A stretch of DNA of 64,000 nucleotides, from assembly GCA_037076615.1 (NCBI GenBank), contig AP029158.1, positions 397,337-461,336 on the forward strand. Reading direction: 5' to 3'. The DNA is from Candidatus Parcubacteria bacterium. Its GTDB lineage: Bacteria; Patescibacteriota; Patescibacteriia; Patescibacteriales; UBA12465. Positions 39,244 through 49,518 of this stretch are shown one piece after another. The position numbers and the translations under genes were made by a program. Within the stretch, counting starts at the first letter, position 1, and each line of letters opens with the position of its first letter. A model generated the notes under the pieces. The model made no database searches. It saw only the letters and a program-made list of their open reading frames with translations, and was not told where the DNA came from.

Positions 39244-39274
39244 CGATTTTTTTGTATAAAATTACTGCTGTATT

Positions 39275-39610
39275 TTACTGCATTTTAATTTCCACGTCAA
39301 CACCGGCTGGCAGATTTAGGCTGGTGAGATCTTCAATCGTCTTGGCGCTGGGGTCAACAATATCAATAATACGTTTGTGGATACGCATTTCATATTGATC
39401 CCGGGCATCTTTGTGAACAAAGGTGGCGCGGTTAACGGTATACTTTCTTTTTTCGGTCGGCAAAGGGATCGGGCCAAAAAAGTGGGCATCACTACGTTCA
39501 ATCGTGTTAACGATTGTTTTGGTAGATTGGTCAACGATCTTGTGATCGAAGGCCTTAATTTTGATACGAATTCTTTGCTTGAATTCTTCCTTTTTGTTGT
39601 TGTCAGACAT
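39275..39610 (-). CDS. rpsJ: 30S ribosomal protein S10
   Basis: RIRIKIKAFDH, GPIPLPT, LPAGVD. Confidence 0.97.
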   Translation of the reverse strand: MSDNNKKEEFKQRIRIKIKAFDHKIVDQSTKTIVNTIERSDAHFFGPIPLPTEKRKYTVNRATFVHKDARDQYEMRIHKRIIDIVDPSAKTIEDLTSLNLPAGVDVEIKMQ

Positions 39611-39720
39611 AATTGGTGCTCCCCTTTTAGTCAAAAGCAAATTCTTTGAAGACTAAAATGGAAGATTGTTTTTAAATAAACACAGTCAACCCGCCCTATA
39701 AATAGAGCGGGTCTCAGTAA

Positions 39721-40908
39721 TTATTTAATGATTTTGGTCACCACGCCGGCGCCGACAGTGCGGCCACCTTCGCGGATAGCAAACTTCTGCTTCTCTTCAA
39801 GAGCAACTGGAGAAATCAATTTTACCTTAAAGGAAACAGTATCGCCAGGCATAACCATATCGGTGCCAGCCGGTAATTCTACTTCACCAGTAACATCAGT
39901 GGTACGGATGTAGAATTGAGGCTTGTAGCCGTTAAAAAATGGTTTGTGGCGTCCGCCTTCTTCTTTGGATAAGACGAAGACTTGCGCTTCAAATTCCGAG
40001 TGAGGAGTAATAGATCCGGTTTTACATAAAACCTGACCGCGCTCAACCTCATCTTTCTTCGTACCGCGGAGTAATAAACCGGCATTATCACCAGCTTCAC
40101 CTTGATCCAAAGACTTGTTAAACATTTCGATTCCGGTAACGGTAGTTTTCTTGGTGTCCATTAAACCAACAATTTCAACTTCATCACCAACTTTAATAAC
40201 ACCGCGTTCAATACGACCAGTAACAACGGTACCGCGACCTTCAATGGAGAAGATATCTTCAATCGGCATTAAGAAAGGATGTTCAGTGTCGCGAGTTGGG
40301 GTAGGAATATAGGAATCAATTGCTTCCATGAGTTTCATCACTGGTTCAGAATCTGGACCGCTAGGATTTTCTAAAGCTTTCAAAGCGGAACCACGGATGA
40401 TTGGAGTTTCAGCGCCTGGGAATTCATACTTATTTAATAAGTCGCGAACTTCCTCTTCAACTAAATCAATTAGTTCTTTGTCCTCAACCATGTCGCACTT
40501 GTTTAAGAAAACAATGATATAAGGAACACCAACCTGACGAGCTAATAAGATGTGCTCACGAGTCTGAGGCATAGGGCCATCAGTAGCGGAAACCACTAAG
40601 ATAGCACCGTCCATCTGCGCCGCACCAGTAATCATGTTCTTAACATAGTCGGCGTGACCAGGACAGTCAACGTGCGCATAGTGGCGGTTAGTTGACTCGT
40701 ACTCTACGTGAGTAGTGGAAATAGTGATACCGCGGTCCTTTTCTTCGGGCGCCGAATCAATTTCTTTGACATCTTTTTTGGAAGCACTTAAGCCGTGCGC
40801 TCCAAACACCGCTAACATCGCTGCGGTTAAAGTGGTTTTGCCGTGGTCAACGTGGCCAATAGTACCAATGTTGACGTGTGGCTTGGAACGATCAAATTTT
40901 TCTGCCAT
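39721..40908 (-). CDS. tuf: Elongation factor Tu
   Basis: [25 protein letters not shown]. Confidence 0.99.
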   Translation of the reverse strand: MAEKFDRSKPHVNIGTIGHVDHGKTTLTAAMLAVFGAHGLSASKKDVKEIDSAPEEKDRGITISTTHVEYESTNRHYAHVDCPGHADYVKNMITGAAQMDGAILVVSATDGPMPQTREHILLARQVGVPYIIVFLNKCDMVEDKELIDLVEEEVRDLLNKYEFPGAETPIIRGSALKALENPSGPDSEPVMKLMEAIDSYIPTPTRDTEHPFLMPIEDIFSIEGRGTVVTGRIERGVIKVGDEVEIVGLMDTKKTTVTGIEMFNKSLDQGEAGDNAGLLLRGTKKDEVERGQVLCKTGSITPHSEFEAQVFVLSKEEGGRHKPFFNGYKPQFYIRTTDVTGEVELPAGTDMVMPGDTVSFKVKLISPVALEEKQKFAIREGGRTVGAGVVTKIIK

Positions 40909-41016
40909 ACTTCTTTGATTTACGACCCCCGATTGGGGTTTTTCTCTTAAGAGACCAGCCGTAATTAATTAATTAATAATTTATAAATAATTTATAACAA
41001 GCTAATAATTCCGCCT

Positions 41017-41355
41017 TTACTTTATTTCCTCAGCACCTTTCTTTACTTGTGGCGGGATGGCCCAAGGATTGTTATTTTTACTTTCTTCGGCCAAAAAAGG
41101 AGCTTTCTCTTGATTTTTCCAAGTGGAAATATCGCCATTTATTTTATCAGTTAGTTCCTCGCTTGTCAAATCCTTTTTTAAATCTGAATCAGCCTCTTTT
41201 TCCGGCTCCGCTAGCCGCCCTTTAACCAATTTTTCGTACTTTTCCCAGCTCATAATAACCTGGGTTTTTTCCGGCTCACCCTCATTATAAATAACGAGGC
41301 TATCCCCTGTCTGCTGGTTTAAAGCTAGTATTTTTTTCAAGGGCTCGGGAAACAT
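41017..41355 (-). CDS. Hypothetical protein between fusA and tuf
   Basis: 112-aa co-oriented ORF. Confidence 0.7.
   Translation of the reverse strand: MFPEPLKKILALNQQTGDSLVIYNEGEPEKTQVIMSWEKYEKLVKGRLAEPEKEADSDLKKDLTSEELTDKINGDISTWKNQEKAPFLAEESKNNNPWAIPPQVKKGAEEIK
41141..41169 (-). promoter_or_regulatory. Candidate tuf promoter inside the upstream ORF
   Basis: TTGACA-17-TAAAAT with extended TG. Confidence 0.65.
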
Positions 41356-41395
41356 ATAAGTAAAAGTTAGTTTTTGTCAATAAAGGGAAAGGTTG

Positions 41396-43480
41396 TTAGC
41401 GGCTATTCTTAACTTTTATTTGCTCTAAAATATTGCGAGGGACTTCAGCATAATTGGAGAATTCCATCACATAACTGGCTCGGCCTTGAGACATCGATCG
41501 CAGAGTGGTGGAATAACCAAACATTTCCGCCAGCGGCACTTTGGCGCGCACAGCTTTAATATTATTCGGTCGGTCAATCATTTCGCCAATCTGACCGCGT
41601 TTAGCGTTTAAGTCGCCAATCGCACCGCCCATATATTCTTCCGGAGTCGTGACTTCAACTTTCATAATCGGTTCTAAAAGAATCGCGCCGGCTTTTTCAC
41701 AAGCTTCTCGGAAGGCAAAAATAGCGGCCATTTTAAAGGCAATTTCCGAAGAGTCAACTTCATGGTAAGAACCGTCGGTAACAGCCACCTTAACATTAAC
41801 CATTGGGTAACCGGCCACACCACCAGCATTCAAAGCTTCTTTAACGCCCTTTTCAATGCCAGGAATATATTCCTTAGGAATTACGCCACCCTTAACCTCA
41901 TCAATAAATTCAAAGCCTTTTTCTGGATCGTCTTGAGGAGAAACCCGTAAGGTACAATGACCGTACTGACCGCGACCACCAGACTGCTTAGCATACTTAT
42001 ATTCAGCCACCGCTTCTTTAGTAATTGTTTCGCGGTAGGAAACTTGCGGATTACCAATGTTCGCTTCAACACCGAATTCGCGGCGCATACGATCAACGAT
42101 AATATCCAAATGAAGCTCACCCATACCGGAAATTAAAACCTGATTAGTTTCTTCATCGGTCTCGACTCTAAAAGTCGGATCTTCTTCGGCTAAACGTTGC
42201 AGGGCAACACCCATTTTTTCTTGATCCGCTTTAGTTTTCGGTTCAACGGCAATTTTGATAACTGGTTCCGGAAAGGAGATATTCTCTAAACGAAGCTGAC
42301 GGGATTCGGCACAAAGAGTATTACCAGTGGTAGTATTTTTTAGACCGATAACGGCCGCAATATCACCGGCGTAAATCTCTTTAATTTCTTCACGGTGGTT
42401 AGCATACATGCGCACAACACGACCGACTCTTTCTTTATTGCCGGTGCTAGTATTAACCACATAAGAACCAGCTTGTAAGACACCACTATAAACACGCACG
42501 AAACATAATTTGCCAACAAAAGGATCGGTAGCAATCTTAAAAGCTAGAGCCGCAAAAGGCTCGCTGTCATCGGCACTAATTTTATAAGTCTTTTCCTCAT
42601 TATCAACGTCAGCGCCAACAATCTCTGGAACTTCTAACGGTGAAGGCAAGTACTCATTAACGGCATCTAAAGCTAATTGAACACCAATATTTTGGAGAGC
42701 AGTACCGCATAAAACCGGATAAAGCTCGTTAGCAATAACCCCTTTTCTAATTGTCGCTTTCAGCTCAGCTAAACTAATATCTTCACCAGCTAAATATTTT
42801 TCCATCGCGGTCTCATCGCACTCCACCGCTTTCTCTACTAATTCATTATAATATTTATCAACCTTGTCAGTCATATCTTCCGGAATCGGAATTTCAGTTA
42901 AAATTTCACCATTTTGACCTTCAAATTTGTAAGCCTTCTTTTCTAATAAATCGATAACGCCCACTAAATCACTTTCAGCCCCAATCGGCAATTGAATGGC
43001 GACAGCCTTAGGATTAAGGCGATCGCGGATAGATTGTAAGCTGGCATAAAAATCAGCACCAGTCTTATCCATTTTATTAACAAAGCAAAGACGAGGAACA
43101 TGATATTTATCAGCTTGACGCCAAACAGTTTCTGATTGTGGCTCAACCCCAGCTTGACCATCAAAGAGGGCAATAGCACCATCTAAAACGCGTAAAGAAC
43201 GTTCCACCTCTACAGTAAAATCCACATGTCCAGGAGTATCAATAACGTTAACCTTATTCCCTTTCCAAAAACAGGTCGTGGCGGCGGAGGTAATAGTAAT
43301 TCCGCGCTCCTTCTCTTGATCCATCCAGTCCATTTCGGCGGAACCATCATGAGTTTCACCAATTTTATGCTTTTTACCAGTATAGAACAAAACCCGCTCG
43401 GTAAAAGTGGTTTTGCCGGCATCGATATGAGCCATGATGCCAATGTTTCTAATTTTATCTAAAGTATAATCACGAGCCAT
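41396..43480 (-). CDS. fusA: Elongation factor G
   Basis: [24 protein letters not shown]. Confidence 0.99.
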   Translation of the reverse strand: MARDYTLDKIRNIGIMAHIDAGKTTFTERVLFYTGKKHKIGETHDGSAEMDWMDQEKERGITITSAATTCFWKGNKVNVIDTPGHVDFTVEVERSLRVLDGAIALFDGQAGVEPQSETVWRQADKYHVPRLCFVNKMDKTGADFYASLQSIRDRLNPKAVAIQLPIGAESDLVGVIDLLEKKAYKFEGQNGEILTEIPIPEDMTDKVDKYYNELVEKAVECDETAMEKYLAGEDISLAELKATIRKGVIANELYPVLCGTALQNIGVQLALDAVNEYLPSPLEVPEIVGADVDNEEKTYKISADDSEPFAALAFKIATDPFVGKLCFVRVYSGVLQAGSYVVNTSTGNKERVGRVVRMYANHREEIKEIYAGDIAAVIGLKNTTTGNTLCAESRQLRLENISFPEPVIKIAVEPKTKADQEKMGVALQRLAEEDPTFRVETDEETNQVLISGMGELHLDIIVDRMRREFGVEANIGNPQVSYRETITKEAVAEYKYAKQSGGRGQYGHCTLRVSPQDDPEKGFEFIDEVKGGVIPKEYIPGIEKGVKEALNAGGVAGYPMVNVKVAVTDGSYHEVDSSEIAFKMAAIFAFREACEKAGAILLEPIMKVEVTTPEEYMGGAIGDLNAKRGQIGEMIDRPNNIKAVRAKVPLAEMFGYSTTLRSMSQGRASYVMEFSNYAEVPRNILEQIKVKNSR

Positions 43481-43501
43481 AGAGTTAGTAAATTTTAAAG
43501 C

Positions 43502-43969
43502 TTAACGAGAAAAATGAGCAAAAGCCTTGTTGGCTTCGGCCATCTTGTGAACCGCCTCACGCTTACGCACGGCTGCACCTTCACCATTGGCAGCGTCAAT
43601 AATTTCAGCAGCTAATTTTTCCGCCATGGAACGACCACGACGATCTTGAGCGGCTTTAATCAGCCAATTGCAACCCAAGTAATAGCGGCGTTCACCACGA
43701 ACCTGAAAAGGCACTTGATAGTTAGCACCACCCACGCGCTTACCGCGCACCTCCACTAAAGGAGAGACCTTTTTAATGGCCTTATTAAAAACATGGCGCG
43801 GGTCTTGCTTGGTTTTATCTTTAATTGTTTCAAAAGCAAAATAAACAATTTTTTCCGCTCGTGACTTCTTGCCATCTTCCATTACATAATTAATAAATTT
43901 GGCAATTGTAACATCATTATATTTGACATCGCCGGCGATGTCTCTTTTTGGGGCTGGCTTCCCTCTCAT
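43502..43969 (-). CDS. rpsG: 30S ribosomal protein S7
   Basis: RVGGANYQVP, HKMAEANKAFAH. Confidence 0.98.
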   Translation of the reverse strand: MRGKPAPKRDIAGDVKYNDVTIAKFINYVMEDGKKSRAEKIVYFAFETIKDKTKQDPRHVFNKAIKKVSPLVEVRGKRVGGANYQVPFQVRGERRYYLGCNWLIKAAQDRRGRSMAEKLAAEIIDAANGEGAAVRKREAVHKMAEANKAFAHFSR

Positions 43970-44026
43970 AATTTTAGAACAGTCGTTAGCTATAGCGACT
44001 GCGTATTAACGCAACTCTTAAATAAA

Positions 44027-44452
44027 TTATTTAGCGGCCTTCGGTTTTTTAGCGCCGTAAGCACTGCGGCTTTTCCGTCGAGCTTCAACGCCGGAGGCAT
44101 CATAGACACCACGAACAACCTTATAACGAACACCAGGCAAATCTTTAGTTTTTCCACCCTTCACCAAAACGATAGAGTGTTCTTGGAGATTGTGTCCCAT
44201 ACCCGGAATATAAGCAGTCACTTCCATACCATTAGATAAACGGACACGGCAGATTTTTCGTAAAGCCGAGTTCGGTTTCTTGGGCGTGGTCGTGGTCACC
44301 TTTAAACAAACCCCTTGTTTAAAAGGAGCTCCTTTAGCGACTTCTTTGCGCTTGCGGTGCAAAGTATCCAGGTTCACATGCAAAGCAAGTGAGTGCTGAC
44401 GCTTTGGTTTAGATTTGCGACCCTTACGAACCAATTGGTTAATTGTAGGCAT
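44027..44452 (-). CDS. rpsL: 30S ribosomal protein S12
   Basis: [26 protein letters not shown]. Confidence 0.98.
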   Translation of the reverse strand: MPTINQLVRKGRKSKPKRQHSLALHVNLDTLHRKRKEVAKGAPFKQGVCLKVTTTTPKKPNSALRKICRVRLSNGMEVTAYIPGMGHNLQEHSIVLVKGGKTKDLPGVRYKVVRGVYDASGVEARRKSRSAYGAKKPKAAK

Positions 44453-44629
44453 AACTTTTTCTTATCAGCTGTTGATTAAAGCTTTTAACAACAAAACAGT
44501 CCTGAACTGTCAGGACAGCATTTTTTAAATTGCCAGATAAATTTAACAAAAGAAAGAGCTAAAGTCAAGACATTAAAGTTCAACAATTGATTAAAATTTT
44601 TTTTAATAACCCTGATCTGTCCTTCACTC

Positions 44630-45235
44630 TTAAAAAGGCAAACCGGCCAGCCCCCAAGAAATCTTAAAAACCAGTGGAATGAGGTAATCAAAGCCAATAA
44701 ACAAAAAAAGGAATAGAAATAAGAAACCCCACCATTGGTTGGCATGTAGCAGGCGGAAGCGCCAGCGCGCGGGTAGAAAAACCGCTAAAATTTTTGAGCC
44801 ATCTAAGGGTGGCAGAGGGATTAAATTAAAGAGCGCTAATAAGACATTAATAATAATCGCCTGCAGTAAAAAATAGGCAAGCGCCGAAGCGGGTCCGAAG
44901 AGGCGGAACAATAAAGCCGCAAAAATGGCTAACCCTAAATTGGCTAGCGGGCCAGCGGCGGCGACTTTAGCATCACCATATCTTTTATCGCGCAGATTAT
45001 TAGGATTATAAGGTACCGGTTTCGCCCAACCAAACAAAAAGGGCGAGTTTACTAAATAAAGAGTGAGCGGCAACAAGAAAGAACCAACCGGATCTAAATG
45101 CTTAATCGGGTTAAGCGTGAGGCGGCCGGCATTTTTAGCCGTACTATCCCCTAAACGGTAAGCAGCCAGACCATGAAAAAATTCATGGAAAGTAATAGAG
45201 AGAATTAAAATGAGGAGGGAAAAGATTTCAATCAT
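44630..45235 (-). CDS. Site-2 protease family (M50) membrane metalloprotease
   Basis: HEFFH, AGPLAN, NLIPLPPLDG. Confidence 0.93.
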   Translation of the reverse strand: MIEIFSLLILILSITFHEFFHGLAAYRLGDSTAKNAGRLTLNPIKHLDPVGSFLLPLTLYLVNSPFLFGWAKPVPYNPNNLRDKRYGDAKVAAAGPLANLGLAIFAALLFRLFGPASALAYFLLQAIIINVLLALFNLIPLPPLDGSKILAVFLPARWRFRLLHANQWWGFLFLFLFLFIGFDYLIPLVFKISWGLAGLPF

Positions 45236-45368
45236 AGAAAAAGCTTAAAGGCTGCTTAATTCTAACACAGCTTGATTATTTTTTAAAACCTTGTTAAGAT
45301 TGGCTCGAAATTAATCTAAGAAAAAACACCGGTGCCCTTAGTTGCCCGGTTAGTTGTTTTGTAAAAAT

Positions 45369-45548
45369 ATGGGAAAAACTTGCGATCTCTGTGGCCGCGG
45401 AGCAACCAAAGGTGTTACTCGCTCACACTCCAAAATCAAAACTTTAAAACGACAAGAAATTAACCTCCAAAATAGAAATATTGAAGGAGTAAAAGTTAAG
45501 GTCTGCACTGCCTGCTTACGCACGGTTGCTAAAAATGCCGCTAAATAA
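45369..45548 (+). CDS. rpmB: 50S ribosomal protein L28
   Basis: CDLCG...RSHS..KT.....NLQ...CTACLR. Confidence 0.93.
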   Translation: MGKTCDLCGRGATKGVTRSHSKIKTLKRQEINLQNRNIEGVKVKVCTACLRTVAKNAAK

Positions 45549-45552
45549 AAAC

Positions 45553-47007
45553 TTAGTTTTGGTAATTTTTAAATTGGTTTAAAAAGTCCTCAAGTTGGGG
45601 GCTTTTTTTGAAGCGCATAGTTTTCTTTAAGTGCCGATAAAGAAGATAAATAATTAAATAATAAACATAAACAAAGTGCTCGCTGATAGTTAAGGAAACG
45701 GCCGCGTCTGGTAAAGACGCTAAGAAGCGGCTAATTAAAAAGATCGTTCGCAGCAAGAGATAAGTCCCGGCCCAGAAAAATGCCCCGGAAATAGCAAAAG
45801 ATAAAATTACATTGGTAATTAAGAGTGGTAAAAGCCAAGTAAACAAAGCCGTTACCAGCAGGTTCGCCACGGGCGCTAGTAAAGAAACACGGCCAAAATT
45901 AAGAGCCGAGACGGGCCAGGTAAGGAGCTGGACGAGCATCGTGAGAATGAGCAAACTACGTATCGGGCCCTGGCCAAATTTAGCTTCCGCCAAGGGCTCG
46001 CCATAGATAAGAGCGAGTAGCGCTAAATAAGATAGCTGAAAACTTAAGTCGTCGCGCAGCAGTAAAGGATTCTTTAGAAGCATTATGGCAGCGCAAATCA
46101 GTAAGAGTGAGCCACTACTAAGGCGCCAACGCTTCCCCGCCCCGCTTAAAACAAAAGTGGACATTAGCACCGAGCGCAAAGCGGAGGCCGAAAAACCGGT
46201 TAGGGCCACATAAAACCAGAGAAAAATTATCAGCAGCGGCGCCGCCGCGCGCGCTTTTATTTTTAAACGTTTTAAAAAAAGAAAAAGCATTCCCGCTAAC
46301 AAACTTAAGTGCGAGCCGGAAATAGCAATTAAATGACTAAGCCCCGTCTCTGAGAAAACAGTTTTATCATCAGCCGTAATTGTTTGCCGATACCCCAACA
46401 TTAAAGCAGCCGCTAGTCCCGCTTCTGGCTCGGGTAAGTGAGCAATAATTTTTTGGTATAAGCGTGCCTTAAAACGCCACAAAGAAAAGAAAAACCCTTT
46501 AGCGACGCCAATCTTTTCCGCTTTCGGAAAATTTAACAATACATAAATTTCTTGCCGAGCCAAATAACGATCATAGCGAAAAGCCGACCAGTTTTCCGGC
46601 GCCTCCCAGGTGCCAGAAAAACTAATAATCTCGCCGGCGCGGTAGCGAGGATAAGCCGGCAATCTCATTAAAAATCTTTCCCCCAGTTGCCCGTCAGCGG
46701 TTAAATAAATCGCCACCACCTTTTGATAATCACCACCAGGATCAATATCTTCACTGATTAAGGCCCGGCCACTAGCGGTCTCGCCGACCTGAGTCCGCAA
46801 CTTGGAACTGTTCGCCCGAGAGTCAAATTCCTGATGATAAAAGATTGCCCCAAAAAATAAAATTATTCCTACTAGCCACCACCACGGTGGGCGGCGCCAA
46901 AAGACAAAGATTAAGCCAGCCAGTAAAAATAGAGGCTGGCCACTGGCCGCCACAAAAATACCGCTAATAAAAACGGCGGCCAGATAAAGAAAAAATGAGC
47001 GTCGCAT
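45553..47007 (-). CDS. comEC: ComEC/Rec2 competence protein (no metallo-beta-lactamase domain)
   Basis: GLSHLIAISGSH, SALRS..M, SFQLSY. Confidence 0.9.
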   Translation of the reverse strand: MRRSFFLYLAAVFISGIFVAASGQPLFLLAGLIFVFWRRPPWWWLVGIILFFGAIFYHQEFDSRANSSKLRTQVGETASGRALISEDIDPGGDYQKVVAIYLTADGQLGERFLMRLPAYPRYRAGEIISFSGTWEAPENWSAFRYDRYLARQEIYVLLNFPKAEKIGVAKGFFFSLWRFKARLYQKIIAHLPEPEAGLAAALMLGYRQTITADDKTVFSETGLSHLIAISGSHLSLLAGMLFLFLKRLKIKARAAAPLLIIFLWFYVALTGFSASALRSVLMSTFVLSGAGKRWRLSSGSLLLICAAIMLLKNPLLLRDDLSFQLSYLALLALIYGEPLAEAKFGQGPIRSLLILTMLVQLLTWPVSALNFGRVSLLAPVANLLVTALFTWLLPLLITNVILSFAISGAFFWAGTYLLLRTIFLISRFLASLPDAAVSLTISEHFVYVYYLIIYLLYRHLKKTMRFKKSPQLEDFLNQFKNYQN

Positions 47008-47064
47008 GAGCTCATTATAAAGAAAGTCTAATTAATTTTACCTCAATTACTTTTCAAAAAAAAT

Positions 47065-48177
47065 TTAATTAGCGCTACTCTGACCAGCGCTAAAGCGAAG
47101 ATAAGCTTCCATAAAAGGTTTTAGCTCACCATCAAAAACAGCATTTACATCGCTAGTACTATAATTACTCCGATGGTCTTTAACCATTTGATAGGGTTGC
47201 AAAACATAAGAACGAATTTGCCGCCCCCAAGAAGCGGTCACGACACCGCCTTTAATATCTTCTAACTCTTCTGCTCGTTCCGAAATACTTAACTGATGCA
47301 GCTTGGCTTGTAAAATACCGAGAGCGGTGGCTTTGTTTTGGTGCTGCGAGCGTTCGTTCTGACAGGCGACGACCAGGCCAGTCGGCAGATGCGTAATCCG
47401 AACTGCGGACTCAGTCTTGTTAACATTTTGACCACCGGGACCACTGGCTCGAAACAAATCAATTTTTAAATCTTCATCCTTAAGGGGCGGTAAAATTTCG
47501 GTCGGTAATTCTGGAGTTACTTCCACTAAGGCAAAAGAAGTCTGCCGTAAAGATTCGCCATCAAAAGGAGAAATCCGCACAAGCCGATGAACGCCATATT
47601 CGCACCGCAGATAACCATAGACATAAGGGCCGCTAACTTTATACAAAGCGCTTTTTATTCCGGCCTCATTAGCCAGTAAGCGATCCACTAACTCCACCTT
47701 AAAACCAGCGGTTTCGCAAAAACGTAAATACATTCGCTCCAACATCAAGGCAAAATCTTGCGCATCAACCCCGCCGGTGCCGGCATGAATAGAAATATAG
47801 GCATCAGCCTCATCATAAGGACCGGACAGTAGAGAATAAAATTCCAAGCCTTGATAAGTTTTTTCCAGGCTGGTCACTTTTTTTTCTAACCCTTTCCGCA
47901 GCTCCATTTGAATTTCTTCAAGCGCCACTAAATTGGCAAATTCAATATTCTCCTGTAAATCTTGGGCTAAATCTTCAAAGGGTTTAATTTGTTTTTGTAA
48001 TTTTTCTAAGGCCTGCCCCACTTTAACCGCCTGCCCTTGGTCTTGCCAAAAATCCGGCGCAGCTTGCTGAGCTTGCAGTTTAGCAACTTCTTCTTTTTTG
48101 GCTGCCAAATTCAATAGGCGCGCCAAGGATTGGGTTTTAACTTGCAAGTCTTCTAGTTGCGCTAACAGATTATTCAT
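47065..48177 (-). CDS. prfB: Peptide chain release factor 2 (no programmed frameshift)
   Basis: SPF specificity motif (VRISPFD), GGQ, WGRQIRSYV. Confidence 0.96.
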   Translation of the reverse strand: MNNLLAQLEDLQVKTQSLARLLNLAAKKEEVAKLQAQQAAPDFWQDQGQAVKVGQALEKLQKQIKPFEDLAQDLQENIEFANLVALEEIQMELRKGLEKKVTSLEKTYQGLEFYSLLSGPYDEADAYISIHAGTGGVDAQDFALMLERMYLRFCETAGFKVELVDRLLANEAGIKSALYKVSGPYVYGYLRCEYGVHRLVRISPFDGESLRQTSFALVEVTPELPTEILPPLKDEDLKIDLFRASGPGGQNVNKTESAVRITHLPTGLVVACQNERSQHQNKATALGILQAKLHQLSISERAEELEDIKGGVVTASWGRQIRSYVLQPYQMVKDHRSNYSTSDVNAVFDGELKPFMEAYLRFSAGQSSAN

Positions 48178-48204
48178 AAGTGAATTATAACATAAAGAGC
48201 TAAG

Positions 48205-48229
48205 AAAAAACCTCCAGCCGGAGGTTTTT
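48205..48229 (-). terminator. Terminator after rpsI
   Basis: AAAAACCTCC/GGAGGTTTTT stem. Confidence 0.75.
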
Positions 48230-48243
48230 AGAAGGATTGCAAA

Positions 48244-48738
48244 TTAACGTTTGCTCCACTGTGGACGCTTACGAGCTTTTTTAAGACCCGGCTTCTTTCT
48301 TTCTTTTGCCCGCTTATCGCGAGTCAAAAAGTTATCAGTCTTTAAAGCGGTGTGGGTTTCTGGATCAAGCGCCAAAATCGCCCGGGCAACGCCGTGACGA
48401 ACAGCGGCCACCTGACCGATCGGACCGCCACCTTTAACGATTACGGAAACAGCGACATCCTTAGTGTGACCAGTAGTCTCTAAAGGTTGCAAAGCGGAAG
48501 CAGCCAAATCAGTGCCAAAATAATCTTTAATGTTTTTACCATTAACGACCGCTTCGGTAGCCGGCATTTCCGTATACAGACGAACTTGGGCGACAGCGGT
48601 TTTGCGGCGACCTAAACCTTTAAAATACTTGCCGGAAAATACGGTCGGAGTGGTCTCAACTTTTTTGGCAGTCTTCTTTTCCACCACCTTCGCGGCAGTA
48701 GTCTTAGTTTTTGGAGCTACGGTTTTTTTATCGGACAT
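48244..48738 (-). CDS. rpsI: 30S ribosomal protein S9
   Basis: GRRKTAVA, ERKKPGLKKARKRPQWSKR. Confidence 0.97.
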   Translation of the reverse strand: MSDKKTVAPKTKTTAAKVVEKKTAKKVETTPTVFSGKYFKGLGRRKTAVAQVRLYTEMPATEAVVNGKNIKDYFGTDLAASALQPLETTGHTKDVAVSVIVKGGGPIGQVAAVRHGVARAILALDPETHTALKTDNFLTRDKRAKERKKPGLKKARKRPQWSKR

Positions 48739-48764
48739 AAAATTATAATACTTTGATAGAGTAA

Positions 48765-49121
48765 TTATTTGATGATTAAACGCTTCATCATGCCATCACG
48801 CAAGCGGGTATCAGGTAACATTTGTTTAACGGCACGCTGTAAAACTTCGCCCGGATCCTTAGCAAAAACTTCAGACAGTTTACGGGTTTTTAAGCCGCCA
48901 ATGTAGCCAGTAACCGAAAAATAATTTTTTTGTTCAAATTTACGGCCGGTAAATTTAACTTTATCAGCATTCACGACTTCGACAATATCACCAAGGTCCA
49001 AGTGTGGTTGGTACTCGGGCTTATTTTTACCGCGCAATAAAATCGCAATTTCACTCGCCAGACGGCCCACGGCTTGCCCGGAAGCATCTAAACGATGAAC
49101 TTTTCTTTCAATATTTTTCAT
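48765..49121 (-). CDS. rplM: 50S ribosomal protein L13 (short form)
   Basis: GRLASEIA..LRGKNKP.Y.PH.D.GD. Confidence 0.96.
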   Translation of the reverse strand: MKNIERKVHRLDASGQAVGRLASEIAILLRGKNKPEYQPHLDLGDIVEVVNADKVKFTGRKFEQKNYFSVTGYIGGLKTRKLSEVFAKDPGEVLQRAVKQMLPDTRLRDGMMKRLIIK

Positions 49122-49138
49122 AAAATATAAACAGTTTA

Positions 49139-49492
49139 TTACTGAACTAATTCTAATTGAACCATTTCCGCACCATCACCTTGGCGATTGCCTAATTTAG
49201 TTATTCTCGTATAACCACCAGCACGCTCGGCGTATCGCGGCGCTAATACTTCCAAAGCCTTTAAAACGGCTTTTTCATGAAGCAAAAAAGAAGCGAGATT
49301 GCGGCGAGCAGTTAAATCTTGAGCTTTAGAAGCGGTAATCATCTTTTCAACCAAAGGACGAACAGCGACCGCTTTCGCTTTAGTGGTTTGCACCTTTTCG
49401 TACATAATTAAGCTGGAAGCAAGGTTGCGCAACATTAACTGACGCGGTCCGCGTTTACGATCTAAAATTTTATTCTTATTACGGTGTCTCAT
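49139..49492 (-). CDS. rplQ: 50S ribosomal protein L17
   Basis: MRHR, GGYTRI, RQGDGA. Confidence 0.97.
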   Translation of the reverse strand: MRHRNKNKILDRKRGPRQLMLRNLASSLIMYEKVQTTKAKAVAVRPLVEKMITASKAQDLTARRNLASFLLHEKAVLKALEVLAPRYAERAGGYTRITKLGNRQGDGAEMVQLELVQ

Positions 49493-49518
49493 ACTTTTAG
49501 AAACAACTTATCTTTAAG

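Noticed and set aside
48090-48177. prfB programmed +1 frameshift
   Set aside because: The ORF is continuous, with no CTT-TGA slippery site at the expected position
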